The notes beneath the pieces are model-generated. The model saw only the letters and a program-made list of their open reading frames with translations. It ran no database searches and was not told the origin of the DNA. A stretch of DNA of 64,000 nt, taken from contig NEEC01000012.1 of NCBI GenBank assembly GCA_002189035.1, forward strand, positions 1,054,001 to 1,118,000. Direction: 5' to 3'. Source of the stretch: Utricularia gibba. Lineage: Eukaryota > Plantae > Magnoliophyta. Shown in pieces: positions 1 through 14,411 of this stretch (position 1 is its first letter; every line of letters begins with the position of its first letter). The translations under genes were made by a program, and so were the position numbers.

Positions 1-22
1 CACCCTGCTGCATGACCAACAA

Positions 23-1623
23 ATGGCGGTGGAGGAAGAGAAGAAGCTCCACGCCATCGTCATCGCACCTCCATACCAAGGCCACATCAATCCCATGACC
101 AATCTAGCACTCAAGTTCGCTTCCAATGGAATTGTAGTTACCTTTGTCCACTTTCATCATATTCACCACAAACTCTTAGCAAGTCACGGCGGGGCAGATG
201 CCGATCCTTTCTCCCACGCACGGGAATCGGGCCTCGATATTCGTTACGAAACGGTAAGTGATGGGTTTTCTTTGGAATTTGACAGGGAGGCGCATTTGGA
301 GGATTACACGCGAGGGCAAATTGAACGATTCCCACGCATTATAGATGCGTTGGTGAAGAGGAAGATGACCGAATTCGATTCGGTTTCGAATTGGGTCAAT
401 TTTTTGGTCTACGATACTTTCCACTTTTGGAATATAGACATCGCCCAGAAATACAAAATCGTCAACGTCTCGGTGTGGACTGCACCAGCGCTTGTGTTTT
501 ACTTGATTTGCAACTTAAAGCTTCTTCGAGAAAACCACCATTTTCCTTGCAAAGGTACTTTACTTCTACGCTTCTTTTGATCCCTTTATGCATCAATTTC
601 ATTTGTTTCGTTCTTTCTTCAAACTTTCTGGCATTGTTGTTTATGTGACATGTTTACAAGCAGAGGATGTTGATGAAGAGATAAGATATATCCCAGGAAT
701 CCCTTCGATCAATACGAGGGATTTGAGGATGTTTGTCAGAGAAACATCAGGAGCCGTTGCGTCGCTTGCTTCACAAGCTTTTGAACAAGTGTACAAGGCT
801 GATTTCATTCTACACAATACGGTGGAAGAGTTAGAATCCCAAGTTCTCTCAAAACTCAATGAGCATCAGCTAAACTTCGCCATTGGCCCACTAAATTTTG
901 TTGAGGATTTACTTTCATGGCAACCAATTAAGAAAAGTCTGTGGCCGGAGTTCAACTGCAGCCTGTGGCTCAGCTCCAAGCAACCTGGCTCGGTTCTATA
1001 CGTGTCGTTTGGAAGTTTCGTTCATTTGAGCAATGAGACTATTGATGAGATAGCTCACGGCCTTCTTCTCTCTCAAGTGAACTTTATTTGGGTTCTTAGG
1101 ACAGGCATTTCCAAAGATAGGAGTACTCTCAATTTGCCTGTGGGAATGGAGAAGATGAATGACAAAGGGATGGTAAGTTGAGGATTTGGTTTTTGTCTAA
1201 TCGTTGACCACAGAGTTGATAAGTCATATTTTTGATGAACAGGTGATCCCATGGTGTAATCAGATCGAGGTTCTTTCACATCCTGCAGTGGGAGGATTCA
1301 TGACACACAACGGATGGAATTCGACGATCGAGAGCATCTGGTTCGGGGTTCCAATGATCTGTTTCCCTTGCATGAGTGATCAAGTCACTAACAGGAAGCT
1401 GGTAGTTGAAGATTGGAGTATCGGGCTGGATCTCTGCGATGGCAAGTTTGTGGATAGAAGGGAAGTTGCAGAGAAGATCAAGAGGCTGTTTGCGAGCAAT
1501 GAATTGAAGCAGAAGGCAAAAGATGTGAAAGAGATCGTGCGTGGTGCTTTTCAGGTCGGCGGTACTTCCCACCGGAACTTCGAACAGTTTATGAACAAGT
1601 TGAAGCACAAATGTTCATCTTGA
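23..1623 (+). CDS. UGT86A-like: Family-1 UDP-glycosyltransferase, UGT86A-like; exons 23-554, 664-1172, 1243-1623 (473 aa)
   Basis: N-terminal PPYQGHINP (catalytic His) and VYDTF (partner Asp). PSPG box WCNQIEVLSHPAVGGFMTHNGWNSTIESIWFGVPMICFPCMSDQ followed by TNRKLVVEDW. GT-AG introns 555-663 (phase 1) and 1173-1242 (phase 0) join three ORFs into one open frame of 1422 nt. The HHFPCK junction and TNRKLVV tail resemble UGT86A. Confidence 0.93.
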
Positions 1624-2873
1624 ATTTACAAATGAAGTTTGGCTATTTAATTGAATGTCTCACTCATCCTGTGTTTTTAATGCTGTCAAAAGCATTGGAC
1701 TACTCTAAAACACGCTTGGAGTTTGGTTATTGGATGAAAAGTATGATCCCCGGCCACAATTTGAATGCTCTTTGTCTTGAATGAAATGCATCTTGTTGAG
1801 ATGTCTGCCGTCCGTTTTCTGTAGCTTCTTGGAACCGTACAACTGGACCAGCATTATTATCCACCGACAGCGGCTGATGCAGAGCTGAGCACATGCATGT
1901 TTCTCATCCACATTTTATTAGTGACTACGCATCTGCCTTGTGCTGCATTTATAGTCGATGTTGCATGCTCGCTAACCGACTAACACTCTATCCGCCGTGA
2001 CGTGTGGCTCCTATCTGTTGTTTTGTTTTTATTGGATGACCTATTGAGAAAAAAATATATTAATTTAAAATATCAATAATGTGATTTATAAATAATGTGA
2101 TGAAAACAATATAGGTATTACTATCATGGCATTTGGATAAAATTTCCTAAACCCCACCGAAAGAATATGATAAAGTCTATAATATCAACAGCAACTATCA
2201 TGGCGTCATTAGCAATTTCCCAGAATCCACACTCACGTTACTAATTTTCGGGAAATCCAATAAATGACATTTTACCATTCTTCACATTCATTTGCAAAAA
2301 CTAGTCTAATTATAATAAACAATAAAATTTGAAAACTTAAGTTTGATCATTGATTAAAACTATTAAAAACATGAATATTATAAATAATATCCGTTGAAAC
2401 CTAGGCATAATCAATATAAAGATATTGATTGTGCTTTGTTCAAATATACTTAATCAAATATTTTTCTAAATGTCCAATAATATTAACATCATGTGAATTG
2501 ATCAATCATAAATAACTTTGTATATTCAATCCAATATTTTTGTAAATTTGTGATTGTTTATTTTGAATATTTATCATATTAATCTTCACCATTGTCTTCA
2601 CAAATAATATGTCATTTGTCTTTCACAATCACACTATGCAAATGATATACAGATACATAATAACTCCAAGTGTTTTAATCACAAAATCTTTTAAGTAATG
2701 TGAGGATTTCCAAAAGTGCACTCGATATTTTTTCGAACACAAAAAAGAGAGCTTTATGACCATATAGAAGTGTAGCAGGTTTCACAAAAATAACTCAATC
2801 AGAACAAATTCCATCAACCAAAAAATATCCATCAATCAGAATAAATTCCATCAACACCATCAGTGGTCATTGT

Positions 2874-5800
2874 TAGGGTCAGGTGAATCGAAACCCTATG
2901 AAAATAGAAACCGATAACAGAATAAGGTGTGTATAAATTGATAAATTGATAAATTGAATCGAAACTGAACGAAAACTGAACTGAAGCTAATAAAGGAACT
3001 GTTTAGTAGAGGACAATCTAGAGATACAGGAAGATCAAGATGATCAATTTCAATGACACAAACTTTTGGATCATCAATTTCAATAACTTGGAGAAAGTGG
3101 AGTAGGGTTGATAGGAGGAATCTGGATTTTTGGCCTTTCTCCATCACCCTATGTTTATCAAAATGATGAAAACAAATAAATAAAGGTATCTCAAGCAAAA
3201 TGTGACACAATAAAGGAACACTAATACTACCAAACAATTGATTCGGCACTTCCAAGAGGTATCACATCTACAAAATAAAAAACTCAAATGATCAGATTGA
3301 TTAGAATCCATGTTTTATAATGAAATTGAAACCTTATAAGTTTACAAATATTAGTATAATTGAATCTCCACAAATCGTTTTCTAAAGAATTTTTGATAGA
3401 CCTATGACGATCTTGTCGAATCTAGTCTTAGCAGCAATTTAAAGCTTGTGCCATTTTAGGACTTATGAAGCTCTAAAATCAGATATAAGATGTCCTACTA
3501 TACTAAATTCTGATTCTGAGGACATTGTAAATATAGGGATAGCCAACACGTTAGATGCAAGTTTTGAAATAACAAGAAGTACCTTGACCCAATCTTTCTT
3601 CCATTCCAAGATGTTGCAGTCACATGAATTGCCTACAACTCATAATTAAGATATTTATTCTTTTAAGATGAATTCGAAATTTCATTTTTAGATGCCATCT
3701 ATTGTGATTCCATACTGATTCCCCCAAGGGACAATATCAAATTTCAATATTAGAATGCTCATCAAGATAATGTCTTGGTTACCACTTAAATTATCTAAAT
3801 ATAGCAGGAATGATTGAAGGAGAATACAAAGTTTTGTAGTTCAGGAATAATCCTATAAGAGCACCTTTGACATGTTTTGTAATATATGACTCTCCAACTA
3901 TAACATCACCATATATACGTTCAAAAGAAATCTGAAAATATGGCTCTTACATCATGAATCAAGAATAACTACAACAAATAAAATCATGTTCAGCTTATCA
4001 ACATTTCATAATATTTATCAAATTTCAGCTTTATTCTTCTCGACATGTCTCTTCCATACGCATCATAAGAATTATTCGACTATGAATTAAGAACTTAATA
4101 AAAATTGCAATTTTATCAAAAGAGATGTTAGATATCACATACGCCAAAGAGTTCACACAAACAGGAAGATCACAGAATAACTTTTGCATCATAAACCATT
4201 TGGTTACCTCATTCCAATCTATCAAAGATAGTGCACAAATTTTTGTGGAGCTGATATCCTGACATCCGTCTGATATTCCTAAACTAAACAAATGATCCAT
4301 TTGATTTGGAAATTGGCATGAAAGCTAGCATCATTCAACTCAAATGTACTAAATACATAAAGGCAGTAGCAGGCAATAACATCATGTAACCAGAATTCCA
4401 TCTCATAGGAACATTGAAACACAATCCTTTCTTACTCTCAATTTGGTAGCTCTAGTAGAAGATTCTTTCACATACTTCACCATGGATTGAACATGGTCCA
4501 TTGTTTTATTCAAATCTTTCAAGCGATCCCTCACAGCAAGATTAATGATATTACACACATACCACATGTACATGTAAATTCCATCACAAATTGCAATACA
4601 CTTGTTAATAAATCTTCTTTTTCAAAAAACTGCATAAAATATCATTCAAAAGAGCATTATCAATGGTAATTTCAAAAACTATATCAATTCCTCAATCGTT
4701 TAACCCCTTCTCTATTAGAGGCCTCATATCATCAAGTTCTTTGAGTTGCTTCATTTTGCTCTTAGGATCCTCATGCGGAAAACAAGACCGATCTATGATT
4801 TCAAGATCTCGACCTTCAGGGACCAGCCAGAATGCAGTGACTTGAACAAGGCATGAAATTGAGTATTCTCTTTTGATTGGAAGTTCACATATCAATCGTC
4901 AAACTAACTCTCCTCGTAGACTTCTTGAAAATATTTGCAATTTAGTCTTTTTATCCATAAATCTTAAGACAATCTCTTGTGATTGTAAACCTTGAAGAAA
5001 AATGAAGGCTGGAGAAGCTGTAGAGATGAAGTATTGAAAACCATCATTCTCCACAAATTTAAATGACAACTCATCAATCACAGTCATCTTACTTAGAGTA
5101 TCTCTTGTGGCTTTGTGGTTGAATTTCTTTTTTTTTTTTGAGAAGATAACTCTAGTTGCTGATCTTCTCCTGAGCTTAGAACATAATTGTAAATCATAGT
5201 CTCTTTATCTCCCATATTCTTCTTATTATATGGATGCTCTCTACATGTTTTTAAATGATTTTTGAGAGCACTTGTTCCATTCATCCCCAAATCAGCAGCT
5301 ATTTTATCTTTGTAATGTTTACATTCCTGATAAACATTGCCGTCAATACTTATTTCAACAAATTTCTAGGATATCACTGCTCTTCTTTTCATCCTTCTCC
5401 TCACAGTTTGCTGTCCTTCTTTGCTATCATCTAAAATATTGATCTTCATACCATCTTGAATCCATATGTCGAATCTCATCTTCATTAATGGTTAAATCAA
5501 AAGTTCTTCTTTTAGATAGAGCCTAAGGTGGAGGACCTCAAGTCTAGCCACTCATCTGTTAAAAAAAATTGGTTATATGTTACAGTTAGTCAAATATAAA
5601 TGAATTCAAATTGAAAAATTAAAGCATCCAAACATAAATATAAAAAAAAAATAAACGTATGTAAATGAGAAAAATCATCAATTATCCAAACTATTCATGG
5701 TGTCATGTCAATTTGCATGATGACTTTTGTGGTTATTAGTTGTTACGGTCTTTTCCTTGGTTTTTGCACCAAAATTCACTATTCTGATCACATGCTTTTA

Positions 5801-6446
5801 TTTTCCCTACAATAAAACTTCAAAACAGTGAAGAGTGAAAGTGAGGATTAAAGAAGATACTCTTTCTATAAGCATGGTTTTTTTTTTCATGGCCAATCAA
5901 TCTGTACATTTTCATTTCCATTTAACTTAAAAAACCTTCATACACTTCCTCTCCTTTGTTTCAAATAACATGACACCTTATATTTTTTTCCCTTTGTAGA
6001 TGATATTGTTTAAATATCTTGAAGAATTTAAAATATAATATGAAATGATAAATAGAAACCAAACTAAAAAAAATTTCCTATATACATAATTTGAAACCTT
6101 TACCACTAAGAGAAGACGAATACATAGATTTAGAGATTCAAATCCAGCCAGCTTCTGGTCATCATGCTTTGCCATAGTAGAGAACACTTAAAAAGGTGTA
6201 GGAGGGAAAACCTAGATCTGAAGAGAAGAGGGAATTCCTTTCCAATTTGAAAAGAAAAATAAAAGAAAAACAAAAATACATAAAATTTATCCAATTATCC
6301 AAAAAATTGTTAGTTCAATAAATAATCAAACTAACCAATGACTGATTTACCCAAATTTTACTAACGGAAACCAAATCAATTTTTTTGATTTTGGCAATTC
6401 AATTAATCAGTTATTTTTGGTTATTAATTTAATTTGTTCAACTCTA
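2874..6446 (-). mobile_element. Decayed hAT (Ac/Tam3-like) DNA transposon with pseudogenised transposase (~3420-5300)
   Basis: Minus-strand fragments: BED-finger end NGTSALKNHLKTC (~5270), VIDELSFKFVENDGF (~5080), NIINLAV...VKYVR (~4540), CFNVPMRWNSGYMML (~4400; cf. DVxTRWNSTYxML), and dimerisation domain SKLASNVLAIPIFTMSSESEFS (~3560). Short AAATTG/AACCGA-type subterminal repeats at both ends. Termini (TAGGG 2874, CTCTA 6446) are tentative; no 8-bp TSD found. Confidence 0.85.
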
Positions 6447-7599
6447 TAAACCATCATGTAGTTTGTTTAATAAAAAAGAATGTCAAAAGATATTTAGATC
6501 ATTATTCACCTTACACTTCAAAAAATGCATGTCAAATTCATGTATTTCTAGAAGCCACTACTTCAAAATGAATGAAAGTTTGCGATGATGTACACATTTA
6601 AATTTATCTTACAATGAAACGAGATAAATTTTCCACTCCCAATGTATAGAATCGATTTTTTAAAAGATTCTAGAGAAGTCATGAGTCTCTCCCTACATAA
6701 GAAAATATTACAAATGTTGAAGACCTCAAATATTGTTTTGGAATACAACAATGAATAATAGTAGTATCGTAACAAATACATTTTATGGAAGTTATCTCTC
6801 CAACTTAAATGTAATCATCAACACTATCAGTATTATATCTGCAATCTAACATTCGAATGGAAGCATCATACTTTTGTAAAGTGCTTAAGCCTAGATGTCT
6901 AGTGGCATCCATACTATCTTGAAAATATAGATATATACATTTATTAGCATCTAGTATCCAATTAAACAAGGAACGACATTAGTCATTTATGTAAGTTTCA
7001 TAATCGTAAAAATAATTAGCCACTAACATTTCATGGACTTATTCACGATTATGCTCAATTTTTAATCATACATGACTTGAATATTTCTCTTCCTCATCAT
7101 TAGTGTAATCAACTCTTTGAAGAATTACCACATAATCCATATTGTCCTCATGAAAAATAATAGGTCAAAGATATGTGTTATGTAAAAGACTTTTGATTTT
7201 TTCTCCTTAATTATACGAAAATGAATTTATATATTATTAGAATTTATGTGAACTTTGATTTATATTTACATTATGGTGTATATCTATCACATTAATGACC
7301 TCCTACTATATTGATGGCCTCATATCACATTGATCCTTCTTATCAATTTTATTTGTATCTATCATCTTCATTTTTTACAATCATATTAATTCGCAACCAC
7401 TATATTTATTTGTTACTACTACATTGATTTTTTACTACCAAATTTATTTACATGAAAGGCCACCTATTGAAAATGTACAAATAATCATTGATAATACAAA
7501 GTAACACTTAAACACCACATGAAACAATCTTTGGTTGTACATGAGCCTAACATTCAGATAAATTATCAGTGCTCAAAATGTGGTAATAGCAAAAGGCCA

Positions 7600-9600
7600 T
7601 AACAAATGCCTACTTACTGCTTTTACTTGTCAACAATAATATATTCATTTTCCTCCTCATCTTGAATAGTGCCCTCATCTCCATTTCCAACGCCATGAAC
7701 ATCTTCACCTCCAAAGTGTCCATAGGATTTTAATAGCGGCCTTTTAGTCTCTCTGCTTACATGCCACAAACAAGGATTATCTAGGATCACATACCTGGTA
7801 CACATGCATATCAAATCTGCTGGCATCTCGGGTGGGTCATTGATACGTTTTTTGCCCAAATCAAAAGGGCCAAGGCACTTTCTTCTCCACCCTTTACTTC
7901 AATGTTAGGAAGACATCACTACATTATGGAGCTCTTCTAGGAAGTCTCAATGGGATCCCTTTTGTATTCATATTCCAAGGCATATAATTTTTTCTTTTGT
8001 CTTGAATCATATATGTTCATTATATCTTGGAAGGAGATAAGAAGGACAAAACAATTGAAACAGCGGGTGTTACTTGATGGAATCATCTCACATCCCTCTT
8101 GGACATCCCCCTAAAATTTTGATGCAAATAGTTGACTCCTCATTCCATCTATTCTTGGTGTCATTCCCATTTGGATGTCAAACAAAATATTGATAAGGGT
8201 CACCTTTGCCATGGAACTCGGTGAACCATTTAGATGCTTGATAGCTGAGTTGCAGCATGTCACTAGTAACTTGAAGAGACAAGGGATTGAAGGCATGCAT
8301 GACCGATGCGCAATTCCTTTCTGTCTCATGAGTCTATTAGGTCTCCATGGCCTATTTTATAGGGTTAACCCTTCTCGGGGTAAACATGATAGGCAATATC
8401 CTCTTATGCTAAGTAGTTCTTGGGGATTTTCTTGTCCTCCATGGTAGTGTGTTAGATATTCTTCTTGATAACTTCAAACTCAACAATCAACCTTCTTGCA
8501 CTCCTAGTGCCAAGGTCTTCAAGTGCTTTTATATCCTCTACATGAGCATCGGTAAATGGAGAACATGTCCTTGTCCCTAAGAATAAGCCTCCAATATTTA
8601 CACCTTGTCTTTTGAGCAATATGTCAAATGCCAACCCTCATCTTGCCCTATGAATGCAAGATCCTATAAGGCTTGGGCTTTACCAACAAGTGTGGTCTTT
8701 CTTAGCTTAGGCTCCTCCGAAGCAGGTAGTGTTCAATCCTAGGTACTCCTTTATGAGGTTGAAGAATGCTTCTATTACTATCTTTATTTTTTGGATGAAA
8801 ATAACAGTCCTTGACTCTGGTAAGGAATTGCTCGCAGCAACTTCGAAGGCATGAGTAATAGGATTGCAGTCCTCTGACTGATCTCCAATGGTGTGGGCTA
8901 TTCAGTTGCTTCTCCTTCTATGAAGGTGACAGTCCATCCCACACATCCTTCTTGTGACTCTATACTTGACATATTCACATGAAGGAAGAAACATACAACA
9001 TACTTAGTAGCATCTTTCTACAAGAGAAATCAATGGGGGACAAGTCAAGGCCTCAAAGACAGCATGAAATGTTATGGGTTTCATTGATTTTAATCTGTTT
9101 TATGGAAATCTTCATAGCATATAACCACTTTAGGGCAATTTTTGAAAGCAAGTAAAGAATAAAAAGATGGTGATCCGAAAAATAGGAAAAGCAAGGATGC
9201 TCACACATTTGAAGAAAATGATTCTTTCTTCTTGTGCATATTCTAATTTAACAAAAAGTTAGTCATTGTTTCTTGTTAAATTTTCTATTTATTTATCTAT
9301 AATTTTATGTAATAAGATAGGTTGTAAACTTTTGCCGCCTACCTCTAACATCATTCTCCAATGGCTAGATTTTTCATGCATTTCAAGGCAAAAGCCATCC
9401 CCTGCTAGTCAAGTAGATCTGCACATTTCATTGGGTTACCATGAGGGTTTTCGTCTGCTTTTGGGCAACTAGGAGGGAATAAGATTTGCAGCATCTGTTG
9501 TCAAGCGAGGAAGAGGTATCTTGCACATCCTCATGGAGCGAGCTCACATCTTCATCATTATTGTGTCCTCCTCTCTAGCAAGATGTTTCTCAAGCTTATT
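7600..9600 (-). other. Degenerate coding-like remnant, probably transposon-derived (possibly env-like/extra ORF); family not assigned
   Basis: Broken minus-strand ORFs (7623-7859, 8111-8329, 8452-8634). GLAFDILLKRQGV loosely recalls the LxFxxLITxLxxxGV motif of Athila/SIRE extra ORFs. No diagnostic catalytic motif seen. Confidence 0.3.
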
Positions 9601-11469
9601 ATCTCCACGGAATGACATAAATGGATATTTTTCTCCTCAATAACCAAGGCAATTGTATTAATTATATTAAAGTTATATGATACTAAAGTGTAAATAGTTG
9701 GTTGAAACTACTGAATAAGCTACACTTAATGATCATTTTATTGAAACAAATGAATAATTGATGTTCGAAATTCTTAGAAGAACAAAGGATGTATGATATA
9801 TTTGAAATTTCCTATTATTAGAGGATCCGCAAGGATCCTTGAATGAATTTTCAAGGACCCAATAAGTCCAACATGAATTCCCTCAAATGTATCAATTGGA
9901 CAACTATCTAAGTGGCTAAAGCTTTGCCTTGTTAGTTCTCTTGGACATAAGTAACTCAATTTTTTCTTATTAACTATTTGTGACAATGGATTAGTTCGAT
10001 CTAAAACTTGAGATAAAGGATGTAAATAAAAAAAGATTGTTAGGTAGTTGTTAATGGAAAATACATTACTACATTTTGAAGAGATAGAATCAATTTATTC
10101 CCAATTACTTCAAATATAGTTCCTAGCTATGATGTACAAGTGTGGGTTCACGAATTTGGAGATATACTAATACAAATACAAGAAATCATGAAAGTTAGAT
10201 GCATCCATATTTCATATAAAAGTTATTTATTAAAAATAAAATATAACATATAATATCATAAATTTAATGATAAATAATAAACTAATAACTTAATATGTAA
10301 ATATTTAAATACATCAATATTTGAAGGAGAAATATGATATCGGAAATATCAAGTTCAACATTAACGAATGACATTACTTCAATCTCAAGATTGCCTAATC
10401 ATAAATTAGTATATTTGGATATATCTTTATCTCTATAATCAAAGTCTCATAGTTTAAATGATGTATATTATGCATAATAAATAAATATATAAAGGAAAAA
10501 TATTATAAGTGATAATTTTTTGTGATAATTTTGATCAAGATCATAGATGATATAAATATAGAATTAAGAATCCATACAGCCACGAGTAAGATAAAATGAA
10601 ATTATAATTATGAAATTGAATGATCTTGTTGAATAATAATCTATTTTTCGTATTTTTCAATTTTTATTTTATTATATATCAAAATTGCATACGTATAAGT
10701 GAATCGGTATGGATATTCGAAATCTTGCATATCAAGTGAGTAAATTTACATCATGGATTCCTAAAACAGACATATTCTAAACGAATGACAAACATCCCAA
10801 ATTAATCTTACAAAATATCCACTACAAAATGAATGCGGTTATTCTTCAAATGATTGTCTCATAAAGTGTCCTCCTCATTCCAAATTGAAGTCCCCAATCA
10901 ATTAATTGATCAGTGGCAGCCAAAAATGCATTGTTCTGAGATACATCAAGAATTCACATCTTTATTGATAGACTTTCTTTTGTAATTCGTAACATATGGA
11001 TTCAGAAAGCATTAGATCCCCACTGGCACAAGCAAATTGTTAAAACTCCAATATGAAATTTTTTTTTCTCTTTATGATTCAAAAAACACAAAAAAATCAG
11101 GATAATAAACATTGTCTACAATTTTTCTTAGATTCAAACCCATAGATGATGTAAGAATTAGAATCAACATTATACATCAATCTTCTTTTGTTGCCATCTT
11201 CCTCCCTATACTGATATTCTAGTACTGGTATAGACCGTAACTTCATTGTATTCCATGTGTGACCTGGATTTTATATTGATCATCATTCCATATACTTAAT
11301 TTGGAAATTCCATGTCGATGCATTTCAAGTTTTTGCATTCTACATCTAAAATATATAAAATTATAATTCACATCCTAAAACCCTAATGTGAGTCAATTTT
11401 AATATCAAACGGCATTTAATATGTTGTTTTGTTACATTTTACAGACTGCATTACATCCATTCAAATGTA

Positions 11470-12518
11470 GCATTATCATGGGTTTCTAAATAATGGACCT
11501 TGACTAAAAAAATAAGTTCCTAAGAAAAAATGGTTATAGAAGCAAAAAATAGTCTATTCTCTTTTACACTCTTTTCCAAGAAGCCATAAGAATAGTTTCA
11601 TGTGATTCACTCTTGGATGATAAAGAGGAGAAGAGGATTATTACTCTTAAAACTGAATTATGTATGTGTGATCAGTTGTTGCCTAGGACCAATAATGGGT
11701 ATGAGATCACTAATCATCTATTAACAAAGTATTTTAATCACTGACAATTCGTTATCTCTGTCGAACAAATAGAGTTGCAGATGGTGTCACCTAGCTCTTC
11801 ATCCAAATAAGAAGAGTGACTAGTTACTCATGGACTATGACTAAGAGACGTTACAGAAAGATTGTAACATAATGTGTGGAAATATATGAAATCTGAAAGA
11901 AATTCAGTAAAGAACTGAGGTTTGTGCTCAAAACATTAAAGAAAACTTAATTTATTCCCAAAAACTAAGAGAGTTCAGCCACAAATAGCCATGGAAACGG
12001 AAATTGCAAAGTGGAAAAATAAAAGTATTCTTCCTCTCAATGGTGGAGAAGAAGCACAAAAGTGATGTATCCAAGTAAAGTGAAAAAACTGCCCAATCTA
12101 AGGTGTTTCAAGTTTTCTCTCCTTCAAATCCCATGTGCATTAATTTTCTATGTTGCTTGTACAGCCATCTTTCTCTTTTGTGCAAATAAGCATGCAATAA
12201 TTACTATAAACTTTGACATATCTTAAACCATGGATCTTGAATAGTGTCAATCTTCTACTCACAATAAATCCAAGTTGCATACAAGTCATGAAATGTCAGT
12301 GTCTTGTCTCTTGATAATTTCATACAACACTCCAAGATTGCTTACTATGACTTTGGGTGAGTATACATGAAAGACAACACAAAAATATATTCAAATAACA
12401 ATAATTAGATTTTTTGAATAAAATAAAATATTTATTAATATAACTACTAATTAGATGATATAATCCTAAATTAATACGTAATAATACATAAAAATTATGT
12501 ATAAAATAACACTTAACA
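11470..12518 (-). repeat. Athila-like LTR copy, family C
   Basis: Begins TGTTAAGTG on the minus strand (plus ...CACTTAACA at 12518). Collinear similarity with 12570-13709 and 58430-59169. Left boundary approximate. Confidence 0.7.
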
Positions 12519-12569
12519 GTCTTGTTTTCTACAAAATGTCACAGTTTTGTAAAAAGGGGTTTGTAAAAT

Positions 12570-13709
12570 GCAGAAATGAAAGATACGACCTAAGTAATGG
12601 GCCTTGACTACTGTACGCCATTCTTGGGAATGAGATTCCATCTTCTCCCTTTATTCATCCTTGCATCGGTTTTCACTGATTCTTTTCGAATAGCTGGTTA
12701 TAGGAGCAAGGAATAGCCTACTTTCCCTTACACTTTGATTGACAAGGAAGCACGGGAATAGCCTCATGTGATTCCTTGTTGGACGATCAAGAAGACAAGA
12801 GGATTACCTTCAAAACCGAATTGTGCGTGTGTGCTTAGCTGTTGCCAATGGCTAGTGGCAGGTACGAGGTCACAACCTGTCCATTGGCGTGGTACCTAGG
12901 CCACAAACAATCTACTACTTCCCTCGAACCAGTAGGATTGGAGTTGGTGTCTTTACCTGGATCATTACCAAAATCTGCGAGGAATAACGTGCTACTCATG
13001 GACCTTGACTAAGAGTTGTTACAAAAAGACTACAACAAGACACATGGAAGTATGAAAAATCCAAAATGAATTCAGTGAAGAACCAAGTGTATTGCTTAGG
13101 ACTTGAAAGGAAACTTCATCTATTCCCAAAAACTAAAGGGTTTTAGCCCGAAATGGCCATGAAAACAAAAATGAAATTGGAAACGAAGTGTTCTTCCTCC
13201 TTGAGGGGAGGAACAACTGAAAAGTTCTAAGTCTTGAAAGAAAATGACAAAAAGTCTCAAACTAAGTGCTCCAAGTTGCTTTTATATCACTCCTCATGTT
13301 CATTAATTCTTTTGGATTCCCTTCCCATCATTTCTTCTGTCTTGCATGCACCAGTAGCTTTTCTTTGTGTGCAAGTTAGCACCCAATCATTTAGGTAGAC
13401 TCTGACATACCATAAGTAAGGGGCCTTGACCAATGTCAGTCTTCCATGCACAATTGCTCCAAGTTGCATACAAGGCACGAAAAGTCAAAGTCTGACCACC
13501 TACAATACTCTTGCAACACTCCACGACAGTCTCTTGATATGTCTCGGTCAAAATGCACGAAAGAAGACATAAAATATATACAAAGTAGGAAAATAGGATT
13601 TTTTTTAAAGAAATACAATTACTTATCGATATATTTCCTAATTGGACGATTTAATACTAAATTAATACATAATAATATCTAATAAATTAATAGAAAATGA
13701 CACTTAACA
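12570..13709 (-). repeat. Athila-like LTR copy, family C
   Basis: Ends ...GACACTTAACA at 13709. Shares blocks such as gctactcatggacc, ttcatctattcccaaa and caagttgcatacaag with the other family C copies. Left boundary approximate. Confidence 0.7.
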
Positions 13710-14411
13710 ATGGTATTGTAGAACTAGATGAATCTTTCTTTCTACCATACCATCCTTTTTTTAGAATATTGCGAAATATCATTTGTCCATAAGATTTGAA
13801 CTAAGACATTAAATTGATTGGAATAAGACTCATTTCATTTCATCAATTTTTTTTAAGAACTCAGAATGAAAATTCATTCAAAGTAATTTTTAATTAAAAT
13901 GAATTAATTATTTTGATGGACTAGTTTCAGGTAAATGATAAGTGGAAATCAGTCGATGCTATAATAAATAGCACAATAGCAGTAGTAAATACTTCTATAA
14001 TGTTATTAGGTTTTTTTTATTTGCAATAACTTAGGATTTAATCCTCTCTGTGGGTGTTAAATAGAATTAATATCAGGAGTACAATATCTAACTATAAATT
14101 CAATTAAGTGTTATAAGTTCTTGAAAAAGCGTAGGAATTTCTTTGTTTTTTTCTTGGTGCTGAATTAGTGAGGAGCAACTTATTCACTTTTTTGATCCAT
14201 TTTATGGTGTGCAATCCACCATAGGTTAAACAATTGTTTGTTATACTATTTTGAGCTTTTGGGTATGCCACTTTGTTATTCTAAATATAAGATCCATTTT
14301 GATTATATTCACACGGACAATAATAATTTTCTATGGTTCCTCAATATATTAACATCCAGTTCAATCAATTTTTCAAGTATTGGACTTGACTATCCATACT
14401 ACCTAATGGAG

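Noticed and set aside
1291-1325. HNGWNS instead of HCGWNS in the PSPG box as a novel specificity mark
   Set aside because: This position varies among plant UGTs (HNGWNS and HSGWNS occur), and the terminal DQ is the ordinary glucose-type ending.
7623-8634. Initial reading of these ORFs as Ty3 RT/RNase H
   Set aside because: No YxDD or other catalytic motif in any frame I checked; the resemblance was too weak.
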